Positions 19,858 to 29,427 of a stretch of 64,000 nt of DNA are shown here, piece after piece. A program made the translations under genes and the position numbers. How positions within the stretch are numbered: position 1 is the first letter of the stretch; every line of letters begins with the position of its first letter. The notes under the pieces were generated by a model. That model was not told where the DNA came from, did not search any database, and was given only the letters and a program-made list of their open reading frames with translations. The stretch is from Candidatus Woesearchaeota archaeon (GTDB lineage Archaea > Nanobdellota > Nanobdellia > Woesearchaeales > WAPY01): the NCBI GenBank assembly GCA_049700835.1, contig JBNAUL010000001.1, positions 182,043 to 246,042 of the forward strand, given 5' to 3'.

Positions 19858-21426
19858 ATGAGCAAAGAACTTGAAAGCTTAACAGAAGAATACTACAAAA
19901 AGAGCAAGGAAAATAAGAACAATATAAACAAAAAAGATGTTCTTAAAAAGGTTCTTGCATTAATTACTGCAGGGACAATTGGAGTTTCAGCAACTTCTAC
20001 ATTTAAAAAGCACGATATTTACGCCAAAGCAAACAAAACAAATCAATGCTATCAAGAAATTAATCAAAAATCAATTTGTGATGGCGATGAAAAAAACCTT
20101 TCAACATTTCAAGAGGTTTTAAATTATATGCCAGAAGGCATAGTTCTTAGAGTTAACAGGGATGATGCCAAACAAATGCTTGAGAATAACTATCTCCTTA
20201 ACTGGATGTTTACAAACTGGAATGAAGAAAGAAAGAAAGAATTGGAAAATTTAATGGATGGAAGAATAGAAAATGGGGAGTTAATAAGCTTGCTTTTAGG
20301 GAGAGACAAGGACTCAGCATACTATGGCGTTGACGCTTTGTTCCAAAGAAAAGACGGAACACCATACGAACTATTTGGCATTGACGGAGCAAGAGATCCT
20401 TACTTCAAGGGAATGTTCAATATAATCCTCTTCGAGATGATTAACAGCCCAACGCTCAATCAAAAATTCTTTAATGAAAAGACAAAAAACACAAGAGAAT
20501 ACCTAACCCTCGATTCAAAACTTTACGCTATTGTAAAAGAAGGGCTTTCAACAAAGACAAACTTAATAGCTGATTACTTAAAAAATACGCAGTTGATTGA
20601 TGAAGTAAAGATTTTTTCAGAAGAGAAAAAAGATAGTTTAGGGAACATAACAACAAAATTCTATTTAGAATCAAAAGACAGGTTCGTTGGAAAACAAGAG
20701 CTAAAGCTTATTGAAATAGATAAAAAGGACTACAAATTCTTACAAAAGATAAAAGAAGTATTGGAAGAGGTCGAAAAAAGGTTTTCGCAAAAAGAAATTT
20801 CCATTTCATACGAGGAGAACAAGTCAGTTATAGATAATTACAATGAACTGATTGCAGAGCATTTAACCCACACTATCTCAGAAGGAGGAACAAAGAACGG
20901 TGTTAAAGAAGGAGATTACCTGTCGGATTATCCAAAGGAGTTGAGAGTTGCGCAGCTTTTAGGTTACAGCAACAGGGTGTTTGACCCAAAAAAGGTTTTA
21001 TGGCAGGGAAAGGTAAAAACAAAATCAGGAACTCTTGATGTAAAGCTTTATGATTTTGAATTCGCAGGAGGAAAAAACATTGAAGGATTAAGTTGTGAGG
21101 ATAACTGCAAGTTCAAGGACAATCCTGCAATTTTGTTCTCAGAATACCAATGTCCTAATGGGAAGTATCCTGCTTATATTATGAATATAGTTATGAAATC
21201 AGACAAGAAAGGAGTATTCCTGCAAGTAGCACCATTCCTATACGATAGAAAGGGCACAAAGAATTATGAGCACTTTGAGGCATTGAAAGATATTTACAAG
21301 AATGGAGTGCTTGAGGAAAAATTGAGAGATTTAACAGCAGAATACTCAACAGCGAATTTAAAAATCTTGCCAACCCATACTTACGATCATAACGGCACAG
21401 AAATAAATTATTTTGTTTTGAATTAA
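19858..21426 (+). CDS. Hypothetical protein with N-terminal membrane anchor/signal
   Basis: 522-aa ORF, GGGGGTG SD, hydrophobic VLALITAGTIGVSA segment; no family recognised. Confidence 0.75.
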   Translation: MSKELESLTEEYYKKSKENKNNINKKDVLKKVLALITAGTIGVSATSTFKKHDIYAKANKTNQCYQEINQKSICDGDEKNLSTFQEVLNYMPEGIVLRVNRDDAKQMLENNYLLNWMFTNWNEERKKELENLMDGRIENGELISLLLGRDKDSAYYGVDALFQRKDGTPYELFGIDGARDPYFKGMFNIILFEMINSPTLNQKFFNEKTKNTREYLTLDSKLYAIVKEGLSTKTNLIADYLKNTQLIDEVKIFSEEKKDSLGNITTKFYLESKDRFVGKQELKLIEIDKKDYKFLQKIKEVLEEVEKRFSQKEISISYEENKSVIDNYNELIAEHLTHTISEGGTKNGVKEGDYLSDYPKELRVAQLLGYSNRVFDPKKVLWQGKVKTKSGTLDVKLYDFEFAGGKNIEGLSCEDNCKFKDNPAILFSEYQCPNGKYPAYIMNIVMKSDKKGVFLQVAPFLYDRKGTKNYEHFEALKDIYKNGVLEEKLRDLTAEYSTANLKILPTHTYDHNGTEINYFVLN

Positions 21427-21456
21427 AATCGCTTAAAATAATTGAGAGGTGTTTTT

Positions 21457-24400
21457 ATGAACAAAAGATATACAGCATTAAAAAACATTTTGTTAACATT
21501 GTTTTTAGTAGGTGTGATTTTATTAGTTTTATTTTCAAGAAAAACATTTGCTTGCGACCCGAGCATAGATCCTGACTGCGATCCAGACCCTTGCCCAGGA
21601 GGAGTTTGCCCTCCAACCCCGCCAGAACCTCCAACAGATTATGAACCAACAATACAGTCAATAACATTGCTCAATCAAAAATGCGCACAGCCCAATTCAA
21701 ACATAAGCATAAGAGTTATAGCAAACGATGATCATGGGGTAAAAAAGATATATCTTTACAGAGGAGCAGTATTGGTTGCAACATATAAATGCCCTCCAAA
21801 TTATGGTTATTGCGAGCACATATTCTCTGTGCAGGCATGCAGCAATCTGTGTGCCAATTGCGTCTTTAAAGCAAGAGCACAAGACAATAAAAATCAATAT
21901 TCAAATTATAAAACCCTTGATGTTTACATTGATAATCCTCCAACAGTAAGCATTGTTTCTAATGCTTCAATAGTTAATATCAATGAACACTTTACTTTGC
22001 TTGCAAATGCAACAGACTCCTGCATCAGCAATTTAACAATACAAATAATAAACAAAACATTACAGCATACATGTTACAATGATTTAACATGTGCAATCCT
22101 TGCACTAACTTCTGAAACAATCCCTGGAAATTACACTTACACTGCAAGAGTAGTTGATAATTGTAATTGGAGTTCAAACTCAAGCACAACAGTTCAAGTT
22201 ATAAGAACAAACATTCCTCCAGTTGCAATACTTCATGCTAATGTAATCCACGGTTATGCTCCATTGAGCGTTTTGTTTGATTCAAGCTATAGTTACGATC
22301 CTGATGGAATAATAGTAGAATACTGCATTGACTATAATGACAGCGCAGGTTATTGCCAAAACACTCCAATAGTAGAATGGCATAACTTTTCAATGCCAGG
22401 AATTTACAATGTAAGCTTAAGGGTTAGGGATAATGACAATGCAACTGATTATGATTATGTCACAATAATAGTTGAAACAAGAAACACATGCCCAACATTT
22501 AACCATACGCTCAACTTTACAGCATACGAAGGGCAGAACATCATCATTAATTTTTCAAACTATGTTTATGATGCAGAAGGAAATTTCTTGTTTTTCTCAT
22601 ACAGCAATCTTCCATCAGGAGTTATGACAAATAATGAAATATTCAATTGGACTCCGAATTATGAGCAGGAAGGCGATTATTCATTCAATATTTTTGTTAG
22701 CGACGGATTTTGTAATGTTTCAGGAGCTGTTGATGTTAGAGTTATTGATGTTAACAGAATTCCTTTTGTTGAGAATGTTTCTGTTTTGCCTGATAGTCCT
22801 GTTACTTCTCATGATTTGTTGTGTGTTTATGATTTTGTTGATTTTGATGGTGATGTTGATTTGAGTTTTGTGCGTTGGTATAGGAATGGTGTTTTGTTGA
22901 ATTATACTGGTGTTTTGTTGCCTAGCAGTTTTACCGGCAAGGGTGATGTTTTTGTTTGCGAGGTTTTGCCTTTTGATGGAAAGGACTACGGAATTCCTGT
23001 AAATTCAAGCGCAAAAATCATAGGCAACACTTGTCCTGAATTTATTGAGGATTTGGATTTTGTTGTGAATGAGGGGCAAACCTTGCTTGTCAATCTAAGT
23101 TTGTTTGCAAGCGACGCTGATAATGATTTGCTGCATTTTTCAGGAACAGGAATTCCAGAAGGTGCTTCTCTTAATGATTCAGGGCTGTTCGTATGGACTC
23201 CTAACTATGAACAATCAGGTAATTACACATCAATCATTTATGTTTATGACAGCAGCTGCTATGACAATGTAGAAATGAGAATAAGGGTTATTGATGTTTT
23301 AAATTATTCGTTGAACACAAGCATAGATTGCTTTGACAAGGTTGTTGTTCATCATAATCAGAGTTGCAGTGTTTTTGTAAGGGACAATTTTGGTAACCTT
23401 GTTGGAAATGCAAATGTTAATATTTATTTCTTGAACGGGAGTTTGTTCGGGAGTTGCATTACCAATCATATTTCTGGCGGTTGTAGTGTTTTAAGAGAAA
23501 TGAATTTTGTTGGAAATTACACTGTTTATCCAACAGCATACAAAACAGGTTATGTTAATGATACTGATACTTATCCAAGATTTGATTTTGAAGTTATTCC
23601 GCAAAGATATGACATATTTGATTTAGTGGTTTATAACGATTCTTTATTCACAAATCCTGATGATGTTTTTTACAGAGGAGAAAACATGTATGTCAAGTTT
23701 AGGGCCTATGATTATTTAACAGAATCATTTGTTCAAGGTGCTGTAACAGAGGTTGCCCTTGTAAGTCCTCCTGGAGGAATTGCAAACCTGACAAAAATCG
23801 CTGAATCAGGAAGTTGGTATTATTACAAGTTAGAGCCCATACCTCCAAATCACAATTTTTTAGGTAATAGTCAGGTCTTTGCATTTGTCTTTAACTTTTC
23901 AGACAACACAGGCGGAGAAAAACAGGTTAATGTTACAATACTTAACAATCCACCAATCATAACTCCTGAAATACCAAATGTATATACTGATGAGGTTACT
24001 CCTGTGACAATAAATTTGGCATTGCACGAGTTTGATGTTGAGGATTCAGGAACAAATCTGACATGGCAGATAATGAACTATTCAAATTCTTTGTTTAATT
24101 ATAATTTAGTTGGCAAAACGCTTTCAATAAACCCATTAACTTTTGGTAATGGTTTCATAACGTTGAGATTGTACGATCTTGATTTGGATTATGACGAGCA
24201 GACAGTTATGGTTTATGTTTCAAGACAGGATTTGCCTCCAACCCTAGAAGCATACTATCCAATAGTTGTTTCTCCAGGAGAGAGCGCAACAATAAGATTA
24301 AGGGCCAATGATGATTTTGATGTTAAAAAGATTTATTTGTACAACCAAAGCATGGGATTAATTGGAATTTATGAATGCGTTGGGATACAAACAACATGCG

Positions 24401-25980
24401 AGCATAATTTTTCTGTTTCAATCTTAGGACCTGACTGCTCTTCAAAGGAATTCTATGCAAAGGCAGAGGATAATTCTTCTCAGTATTCTATTTTATTGCC
24501 AATAACAATAAATATTGATTCTTTACCTCAAGTTACCATAACAACAAACAATTCTCATCCAAGAATAAACGAGTCATTCAGATTGTTTGTCAACGCAACA
24601 GACAACTGTGGGCTTTCAAGATTAAATATAACGAGAGAGGGAATAAATCTACAAACAAAGAATTGCAATGGCGCAAATTATTGTTTTGATTATTTAATAA
24701 CTTCTGAGAGTTTTGGAGGAAGTTTTGTTTATTGCGGAATTGCAAAAGACACTTCATCAAGAACATCAACAAGCTGTTTAGCGATAGAGATAAATACAAC
24801 CCCTCTGAACAACATTCCTTTTGTTGAGAATGTTTCTGTTTTGCCTGATAGTCCTGTTACTTCTCATGATTTGTTGTGTGTTTATGATTTTGTTGATTTT
24901 GATGGTGATGTTGATTTGAGTTTTGTGCGTTGGTATAGGAATGGTGTTTTGTTGAATTATACTGGTGTTTTGTTGCCTAGCAGTTTTACCGGCAAGGGTG
25001 ATGTTTTTGTTTGCGAGGTTTTGCCTTTTGATGGAAAGGACTACGGAATTCCTGTAAATTCAAGCGCAGTTGCAATAGGAAATTCATGCCCAGTAGTTCA
25101 TTTAGCAGAAAACTATACTGTTGTTGAAGGAGAATTGCTTGAAATAATCATTAATGCAACAGATCCTGACAATGATAATTTAACATACGCTGTTAGTTAT
25201 GCACCTTCTAATTCAAATTTAACAGGCAACATATTCACTTGGAGGCCAAGCTTCACGCAATCAGGAGCTTATCACGTAACATTTACTGTTAGTGACAGTT
25301 ATTGTTATGTTGGGCAAGGAGTAGTGATTTTTGTATCTGAATCAGGAAATCACAATCCATACTTTATCAGCACTCCAATAACAACAGGCGTTGTAGAGGA
25401 AACATATGTTTACGATTCAAATGCAGTCGATCCTGACAACGATACTTTGATTTATTCGCTTGTGGAATTTCCAATCAACATGACGATAAATCCAACAACA
25501 GGAGTTATAACTTGGGTTCCAAAGACAACAGGAAGTTTTAAGGTTACAATAAGAGCAGAAGATGGAAAAGGTGGTTACGCATTGCAGAGTTATTCAATAT
25601 CAGTTGAACCTAAAGAGGAAATAAAACTACCTAGGAGAAAGGTATTTGTTGAGCAACTGAGCATAATAAATGAGGATTGCATAGAACCAGGAGACGATTT
25701 GTACGCATTTGTGAATTTTAAGAACATGGGCTTTTACGACATGAGAAATGTCAGAATAACTGCAGTAATTCAGGAGTTGGGAGTTAGGCAGAGATTAGGG
25801 CCATTCAAGCTTGAACCAAAAGAAGAAATAGCAAAGATATTAATAACAAAGATTCCAGAGGATGCTTCAGAGGGAACATACTATGTCAGGTTCACGATAA
25901 ATGATGACATGGTAAAGAGAGTTATTTATAGGGACATAATGATAAGAAATGACTGCAAACAAGTTTGTTGTACAAACTAA
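21457..25980 (+). CDS. Large secreted surface glycoprotein with PKD / cadherin-like Ig repeats and C-terminal CARDB-like domain
   Basis: Signal peptide, SYDPDG PKD motif, DxDND...WTP repeats, many N-x-S/T sequons and Cys pairs. ATG 21457 follows GAGGTG. Confidence 0.85.
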   Translation: MNKRYTALKNILLTLFLVGVILLVLFSRKTFACDPSIDPDCDPDPCPGGVCPPTPPEPPTDYEPTIQSITLLNQKCAQPNSNISIRVIANDDHGVKKIYLYRGAVLVATYKCPPNYGYCEHIFSVQACSNLCANCVFKARAQDNKNQYSNYKTLDVYIDNPPTVSIVSNASIVNINEHFTLLANATDSCISNLTIQIINKTLQHTCYNDLTCAILALTSETIPGNYTYTARVVDNCNWSSNSSTTVQVIRTNIPPVAILHANVIHGYAPLSVLFDSSYSYDPDGIIVEYCIDYNDSAGYCQNTPIVEWHNFSMPGIYNVSLRVRDNDNATDYDYVTIIVETRNTCPTFNHTLNFTAYEGQNIIINFSNYVYDAEGNFLFFSYSNLPSGVMTNNEIFNWTPNYEQEGDYSFNIFVSDGFCNVSGAVDVRVIDVNRIPFVENVSVLPDSPVTSHDLLCVYDFVDFDGDVDLSFVRWYRNGVLLNYTGVLLPSSFTGKGDVFVCEVLPFDGKDYGIPVNSSAKIIGNTCPEFIEDLDFVVNEGQTLLVNLSLFASDADNDLLHFSGTGIPEGASLNDSGLFVWTPNYEQSGNYTSIIYVYDSSCYDNVEMRIRVIDVLNYSLNTSIDCFDKVVVHHNQSCSVFVRDNFGNLVGNANVNIYFLNGSLFGSCITNHISGGCSVLREMNFVGNYTVYPTAYKTGYVNDTDTYPRFDFEVIPQRYDIFDLVVYNDSLFTNPDDVFYRGENMYVKFRAYDYLTESFVQGAVTEVALVSPPGGIANLTKIAESGSWYYYKLEPIPPNHNFLGNSQVFAFVFNFSDNTGGEKQVNVTILNNPPIITPEIPNVYTDEVTPVTINLALHEFDVEDSGTNLTWQIMNYSNSLFNYNLVGKTLSINPLTFGNGFITLRLYDLDLDYDEQTVMVYVSRQDLPPTLEAYYPIVVSPGESATIRLRANDDFDVKKIYLYNQSMGLIGIYECVGIQTTCEHNFSVSILGPDCSSKEFYAKAEDNSSQYSILLPITINIDSLPQVTITTNNSHPRINESFRLFVNATDNCGLSRLNITREGINLQTKNCNGANYCFDYLITSESFGGSFVYCGIAKDTSSRTSTSCLAIEINTTPLNNIPFVENVSVLPDSPVTSHDLLCVYDFVDFDGDVDLSFVRWYRNGVLLNYTGVLLPSSFTGKGDVFVCEVLPFDGKDYGIPVNSSAVAIGNSCPVVHLAENYTVVEGELLEIIINATDPDNDNLTYAVSYAPSNSNLTGNIFTWRPSFTQSGAYHVTFTVSDSYCYVGQGVVIFVSESGNHNPYFISTPITTGVVEETYVYDSNAVDPDNDTLIYSLVEFPINMTINPTTGVITWVPKTTGSFKVTIRAEDGKGGYALQSYSISVEPKEEIKLPRRKVFVEQLSIINEDCIEPGDDLYAFVNFKNMGFYDMRNVRITAVIQELGVRQRLGPFKLEPKEEIAKILITKIPEDASEGTYYVRFTINDDMVKRVIYRDIMIRNDCKQVCCTN
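22759..23013 (+). repeat. 255-bp exact direct repeat, copy 1
   Basis: Identical by eye to 24814-25068 (IPFVENVS...PVNSSA). Confidence 0.95.
24814..25068 (+). repeat. 255-bp exact direct repeat, copy 2
   Basis: Identical by eye to 22759-23013; in-frame offset 2055 bp. Confidence 0.95.
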
Positions 25981-26023
25981 GAAGCACAAGCCAAAGGGTA
26001 ATCTGTAACTACTCTATCATACT

Positions 26024-26068
26024 AAAAAACGAAAGATTTAAATAGTAGTTGCTATTACTCAATAGCAA
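26024..26068 (+). promoter_or_regulatory. BRE + TATA promoter with downstream palindrome
   Basis: AAAAAACGAAAGATTTAAATA, then TTGCTATT-actc-AATAGCAA (26049-26068). Confidence 0.65.
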
Positions 26069-26143
26069 TAAAACAAAAAATCTAGATAGCAATTAACAAA
26101 TTTATAAAAATATTCAAAACAAAATGAAAGGAGGGAACTGAAA

Positions 26144-27394
26144 ATGAAAAATAAATTGTTTTTTGTAATAGTTTTGTTTGTAGTATTGGCTTTTGCTGCA
26201 ACTGCAAGAGCATTACCTACAGTTGAACAAGTTAAGATAAATGGTGATGTTTTTGAAGCTGGAGACAGTTTGGTTGTTGAAAAGGGAGATACAATAAAAA
26301 TAAGAGTAAAACTCCAAGCTGCTCAAGATGAAAAGAACATCCAAGTTCTAGCTGACATCATTGGTTATGAATACAGCACAAAAGAAAAGCTTTCAGATCT
26401 AACAGCTGTATTTGACCTAAATGCCAATGATACTGTCTATAAAGACCTTGAATTGAAGATACCTGACAAGGCAGACAAGGATTATTATGATTTAAGAATA
26501 AGGGTTGCAACAAGAACAGGAACTGCTTTTGAGGGATTGTACAGATTGCACATAATAGGGGCAAGACACAATGTTGTAATTAAAGATGTCATATTCACTC
26601 CGGAGAGAAAGATTGTGAGCGGAAGAGCGCTCCTGACGGTGGTAAGGGTAAAGAACACAGGAGAGCTTGACGAAGATGGAATAAAGATAAGAGTTTCAAT
26701 ACCAGAACTTGGATTGTCAGCTGCTGACTACATTGACGAGTTGAAGGCTGGAGAATCCACAAGCTCTGAAGAACTATACCTGAGAATACCTCAGTGCACA
26801 AAATCAGGAAACTACAATGTAAATGTTGAATTAATATACAATGAAGGTTATGCAGAGGTCAAGCAATCTTACTCAATATATGTTGAGGAAGAAGAGACAT
26901 GCAAACCAATATCAGTCCCTCCAACAGTCGTGGAAAAGACAACAATAACATCCTCTCCAGAGGTTCAAGAAGTATTTATCGGAGGACAAGGAGCAATCTA
27001 TCCAATTACAATAACAAACTCAGGAACAACAGCACAAACTTATGTAATTAGCATTGATGCTCCATGGGCATCAGTAAAGGTAAGCCCTTCAAATGTTTTG
27101 GTAATCGGAGCAGGAGAGACAAAGACAGCATACATTTATGTAACCCCAAATCCAACATCAAGCATAGGAGAACAAATATTCGCAGCAAAGATTACTGTTG
27201 GGGATCAAGAAAAGACAGTAACGATGAAAGCGATGGTAAAGAAGGCAGTAACAACAGATAACTTGAGAAAAGGGCTTGAGATTGCATTAATCGTGCTTTT
27301 GGTAATCCTAATCATAGTCGGAATAATCGTTGGCTTGAGCAAGATGAAGGGAAGCGAAGAGCACGAAGAAGAAAAAACACAGACATATTACTAA
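26144..27394 (+). CDS. Putative S-layer / cell-envelope protein (Ig/CARDB-like domains, C-terminal TM)
   Basis: Signal peptide, three beta-rich domains (VKNTG, ITNSG), C-terminal TM with acidic tail ending TYY, strong SD, T-rich terminator after. Confidence 0.75.
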   Translation: MKNKLFFVIVLFVVLAFAATARALPTVEQVKINGDVFEAGDSLVVEKGDTIKIRVKLQAAQDEKNIQVLADIIGYEYSTKEKLSDLTAVFDLNANDTVYKDLELKIPDKADKDYYDLRIRVATRTGTAFEGLYRLHIIGARHNVVIKDVIFTPERKIVSGRALLTVVRVKNTGELDEDGIKIRVSIPELGLSAADYIDELKAGESTSSEELYLRIPQCTKSGNYNVNVELIYNEGYAEVKQSYSIYVEEEETCKPISVPPTVVEKTTITSSPEVQEVFIGGQGAIYPITITNSGTTAQTYVISIDAPWASVKVSPSNVLVIGAGETKTAYIYVTPNPTSSIGEQIFAAKITVGDQEKTVTMKAMVKKAVTTDNLRKGLEIALIVLLVILIIVGIIVGLSKMKGSEEHEEEKTQTYY

Positions 27395-27671
27395 AAACTT
27401 TTTGGTTTTTATTTTTTAATTAATTTTTAATTTTATTTTTCTCTATTATTTTTTTTATTCCTTGTCATTTGGCAAATTTTATTTTTACAATATTATTTTT
27501 ATTTTTTATTTTTATTATTTGATTTACTTGTTTTTTATCGACACTTTTAAATAACAGAAGATGCTTTTCCTCTCAGAAAAACAAAAGCTTTATATATAAG
27601 TTAATCTCTCTAAAGTAGTAACTAAATGCTAAACATACTAAACGGTTAAACTTGCTTTAGGGGGAATAATC

Positions 27672-29288
27672 ATGAACAAAAAAAATAAAGTGGCATCATC
27701 TGCAATTCTTTTGTTCTCCATTCTATTCTTAATTGTGTTTGGTTCAAAGAGTGTATTTGCATATTTCAATGCTTATGCTTCAGAATCAACGATAAAAATG
27801 TGCAAGTGCGAGATAAAGAGTTACAGTATTCTATTAGAAAACTCAGATTCTTATGCAGAATTAGTAAGCATAACATATTCAGGTACAGGTCAGAACCTTG
27901 TAAGGGTTGTTCCAAGCAATGTTTTTCTAAATGCAGGTGAAAAAAAGCAGATAAGCGTGTTTTTGGATTCTCAATGCAAGGAAGGAGAATACTATATTGA
28001 TTTTTACATGGAATCGCAGAGTGTTAAAAAGGTATTGAAACAAAAGATTGTTATACAGCCCTGCGATATTCTTGAATTGAAAATTGAAAAAAGTAATTTA
28101 ACGATTGAGAAAGGAAAAATGCAGGAAGTTGCTTTCTCAATAACAAATAAGGGAACCTATATAGAGGAATTAAATTTCAAGTTTGATAGGATAAAATCAG
28201 AAAATTTTTTCATAGAACCAAATCAGACGCTTAAGCTTTCATTTAATGTCAGTGGACAAAAGCTTGGAAACTACAAGAAAGAGCTCATTGTCAATGCATT
28301 GAGAACTGGCTATAAGAAAACATCAAGCATATACATAAATGTTGTTTCTGCTGAAAAAGAAGAGAATGCTTTGAAAGCATTAATATTCAGCATCGGAAAT
28401 TTCCTTAAGCAGTTCCAAAAATACATAATTACCGCTTTAATAATACTCTTTGTTTTGCTTGTAATCTTAAGTATTGGATTGAAGAAATCAGAGCAAAGAA
28501 TTATAGAGGAGCCAAAGGAAGAGCAAAAAACAAAGAAAATAAGGAAGAAAAAAGAAGAAAAAGAAGAGAAATTAAGTCCTTATTATATTTCTGTAATAAA
28601 GGAAAGAAAGGGTTTTACAGAGTTTTTCAAAAAGAATTTTAAGCCGATAATCATAATAATAATTATTATATTAGCGGCTGTTCTAATCTTCTTTGCAATA
28701 AAGTATTCTTGGCATTCAAAGATATTTGGGTTTTTCAAGAAATCTTCATCGCTGTTTTTAGCCAAATTTTCGCTAAACAAAACAGAACAAAAAGAAGAGA
28801 TTCCAAAAGAATTTGATGAAAACAGGCAAGGAATGTTTGTAATAGAAGAGGCAAATGAAAGCGCTCAGCAAAATGAGCAAAATGTTAGTAAGAATAAGAC
28901 AGGAACAGAAAGAGGAACATTAGAACAAGAAAGCAGAGAAGAAATTATAGAAGAAACCTTAAACCAAACAACAAATCAGGTAAAAAATCAAACCAACCAA
29001 ACAACTGAAGAGGAAGAAGAAAAAATTGAGGAGAATGCAACAGAAATCTCACTGCCAACAGAAGCAACAACAGAGGAAATTAAAAAAGAAAAGGAAAAGA
29101 GCGCTGCAAAAATAAGAGCAGAATTAAAGAGCGCTTTGACAGCAATAAAGGTTTTCTTCATACTTTACTTAAACTACATAATCTATGGGATTGTTGCGCT
29201 GTTCATAATAATAATGATACTTAATGTTTCAGTAATTAAAGAAAAGAGAAAGAAAAAGAACAACAAGAGGAAAAAAAGGCAGAGATGA
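27672..29288 (+). CDS. Membrane protein with extracellular Ig-like domains and acidic low-complexity region
   Basis: Signal peptide, ENS/TNKG Ig-like strands, three further TMs. Confidence 0.75.
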   Translation: MNKKNKVASSAILLFSILFLIVFGSKSVFAYFNAYASESTIKMCKCEIKSYSILLENSDSYAELVSITYSGTGQNLVRVVPSNVFLNAGEKKQISVFLDSQCKEGEYYIDFYMESQSVKKVLKQKIVIQPCDILELKIEKSNLTIEKGKMQEVAFSITNKGTYIEELNFKFDRIKSENFFIEPNQTLKLSFNVSGQKLGNYKKELIVNALRTGYKKTSSIYINVVSAEKEENALKALIFSIGNFLKQFQKYIITALIILFVLLVILSIGLKKSEQRIIEEPKEEQKTKKIRKKKEEKEEKLSPYYISVIKERKGFTEFFKKNFKPIIIIIIIILAAVLIFFAIKYSWHSKIFGFFKKSSSLFLAKFSLNKTEQKEEIPKEFDENRQGMFVIEEANESAQQNEQNVSKNKTGTERGTLEQESREEIIEETLNQTTNQVKNQTNQTTEEEEEKIEENATEISLPTEATTEEIKKEKEKSAAKIRAELKSALTAIKVFFILYLNYIIYGIVALFIIIMILNVSVIKEKRKKKNNKRKKRQR

Positions 29289-29427
29289 TTTTTAATTTTT
29301 GTTTTTATGTTTCTTTTATTTATTTTTATATTATTTATTTGCAAGCTGCTTATAATATTGCTTATAATGTCTTTTCTATGTATTTTCTTATAATTTTCTT
29401 ATAATATTATTGTTATAATGTATATTG

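Noticed and set aside
22759..25068. Diversity-generating retroelement TR/VR pair
   Set aside because: The copies are identical with no adenine-specific mismatches, both are coding, and no reverse transcriptase is in the window
29348..29420. Five TTATAAT-containing short repeats between convergent genes
   Set aside because: Low-complexity AT-rich terminator region with irregular spacing; no function can be supported
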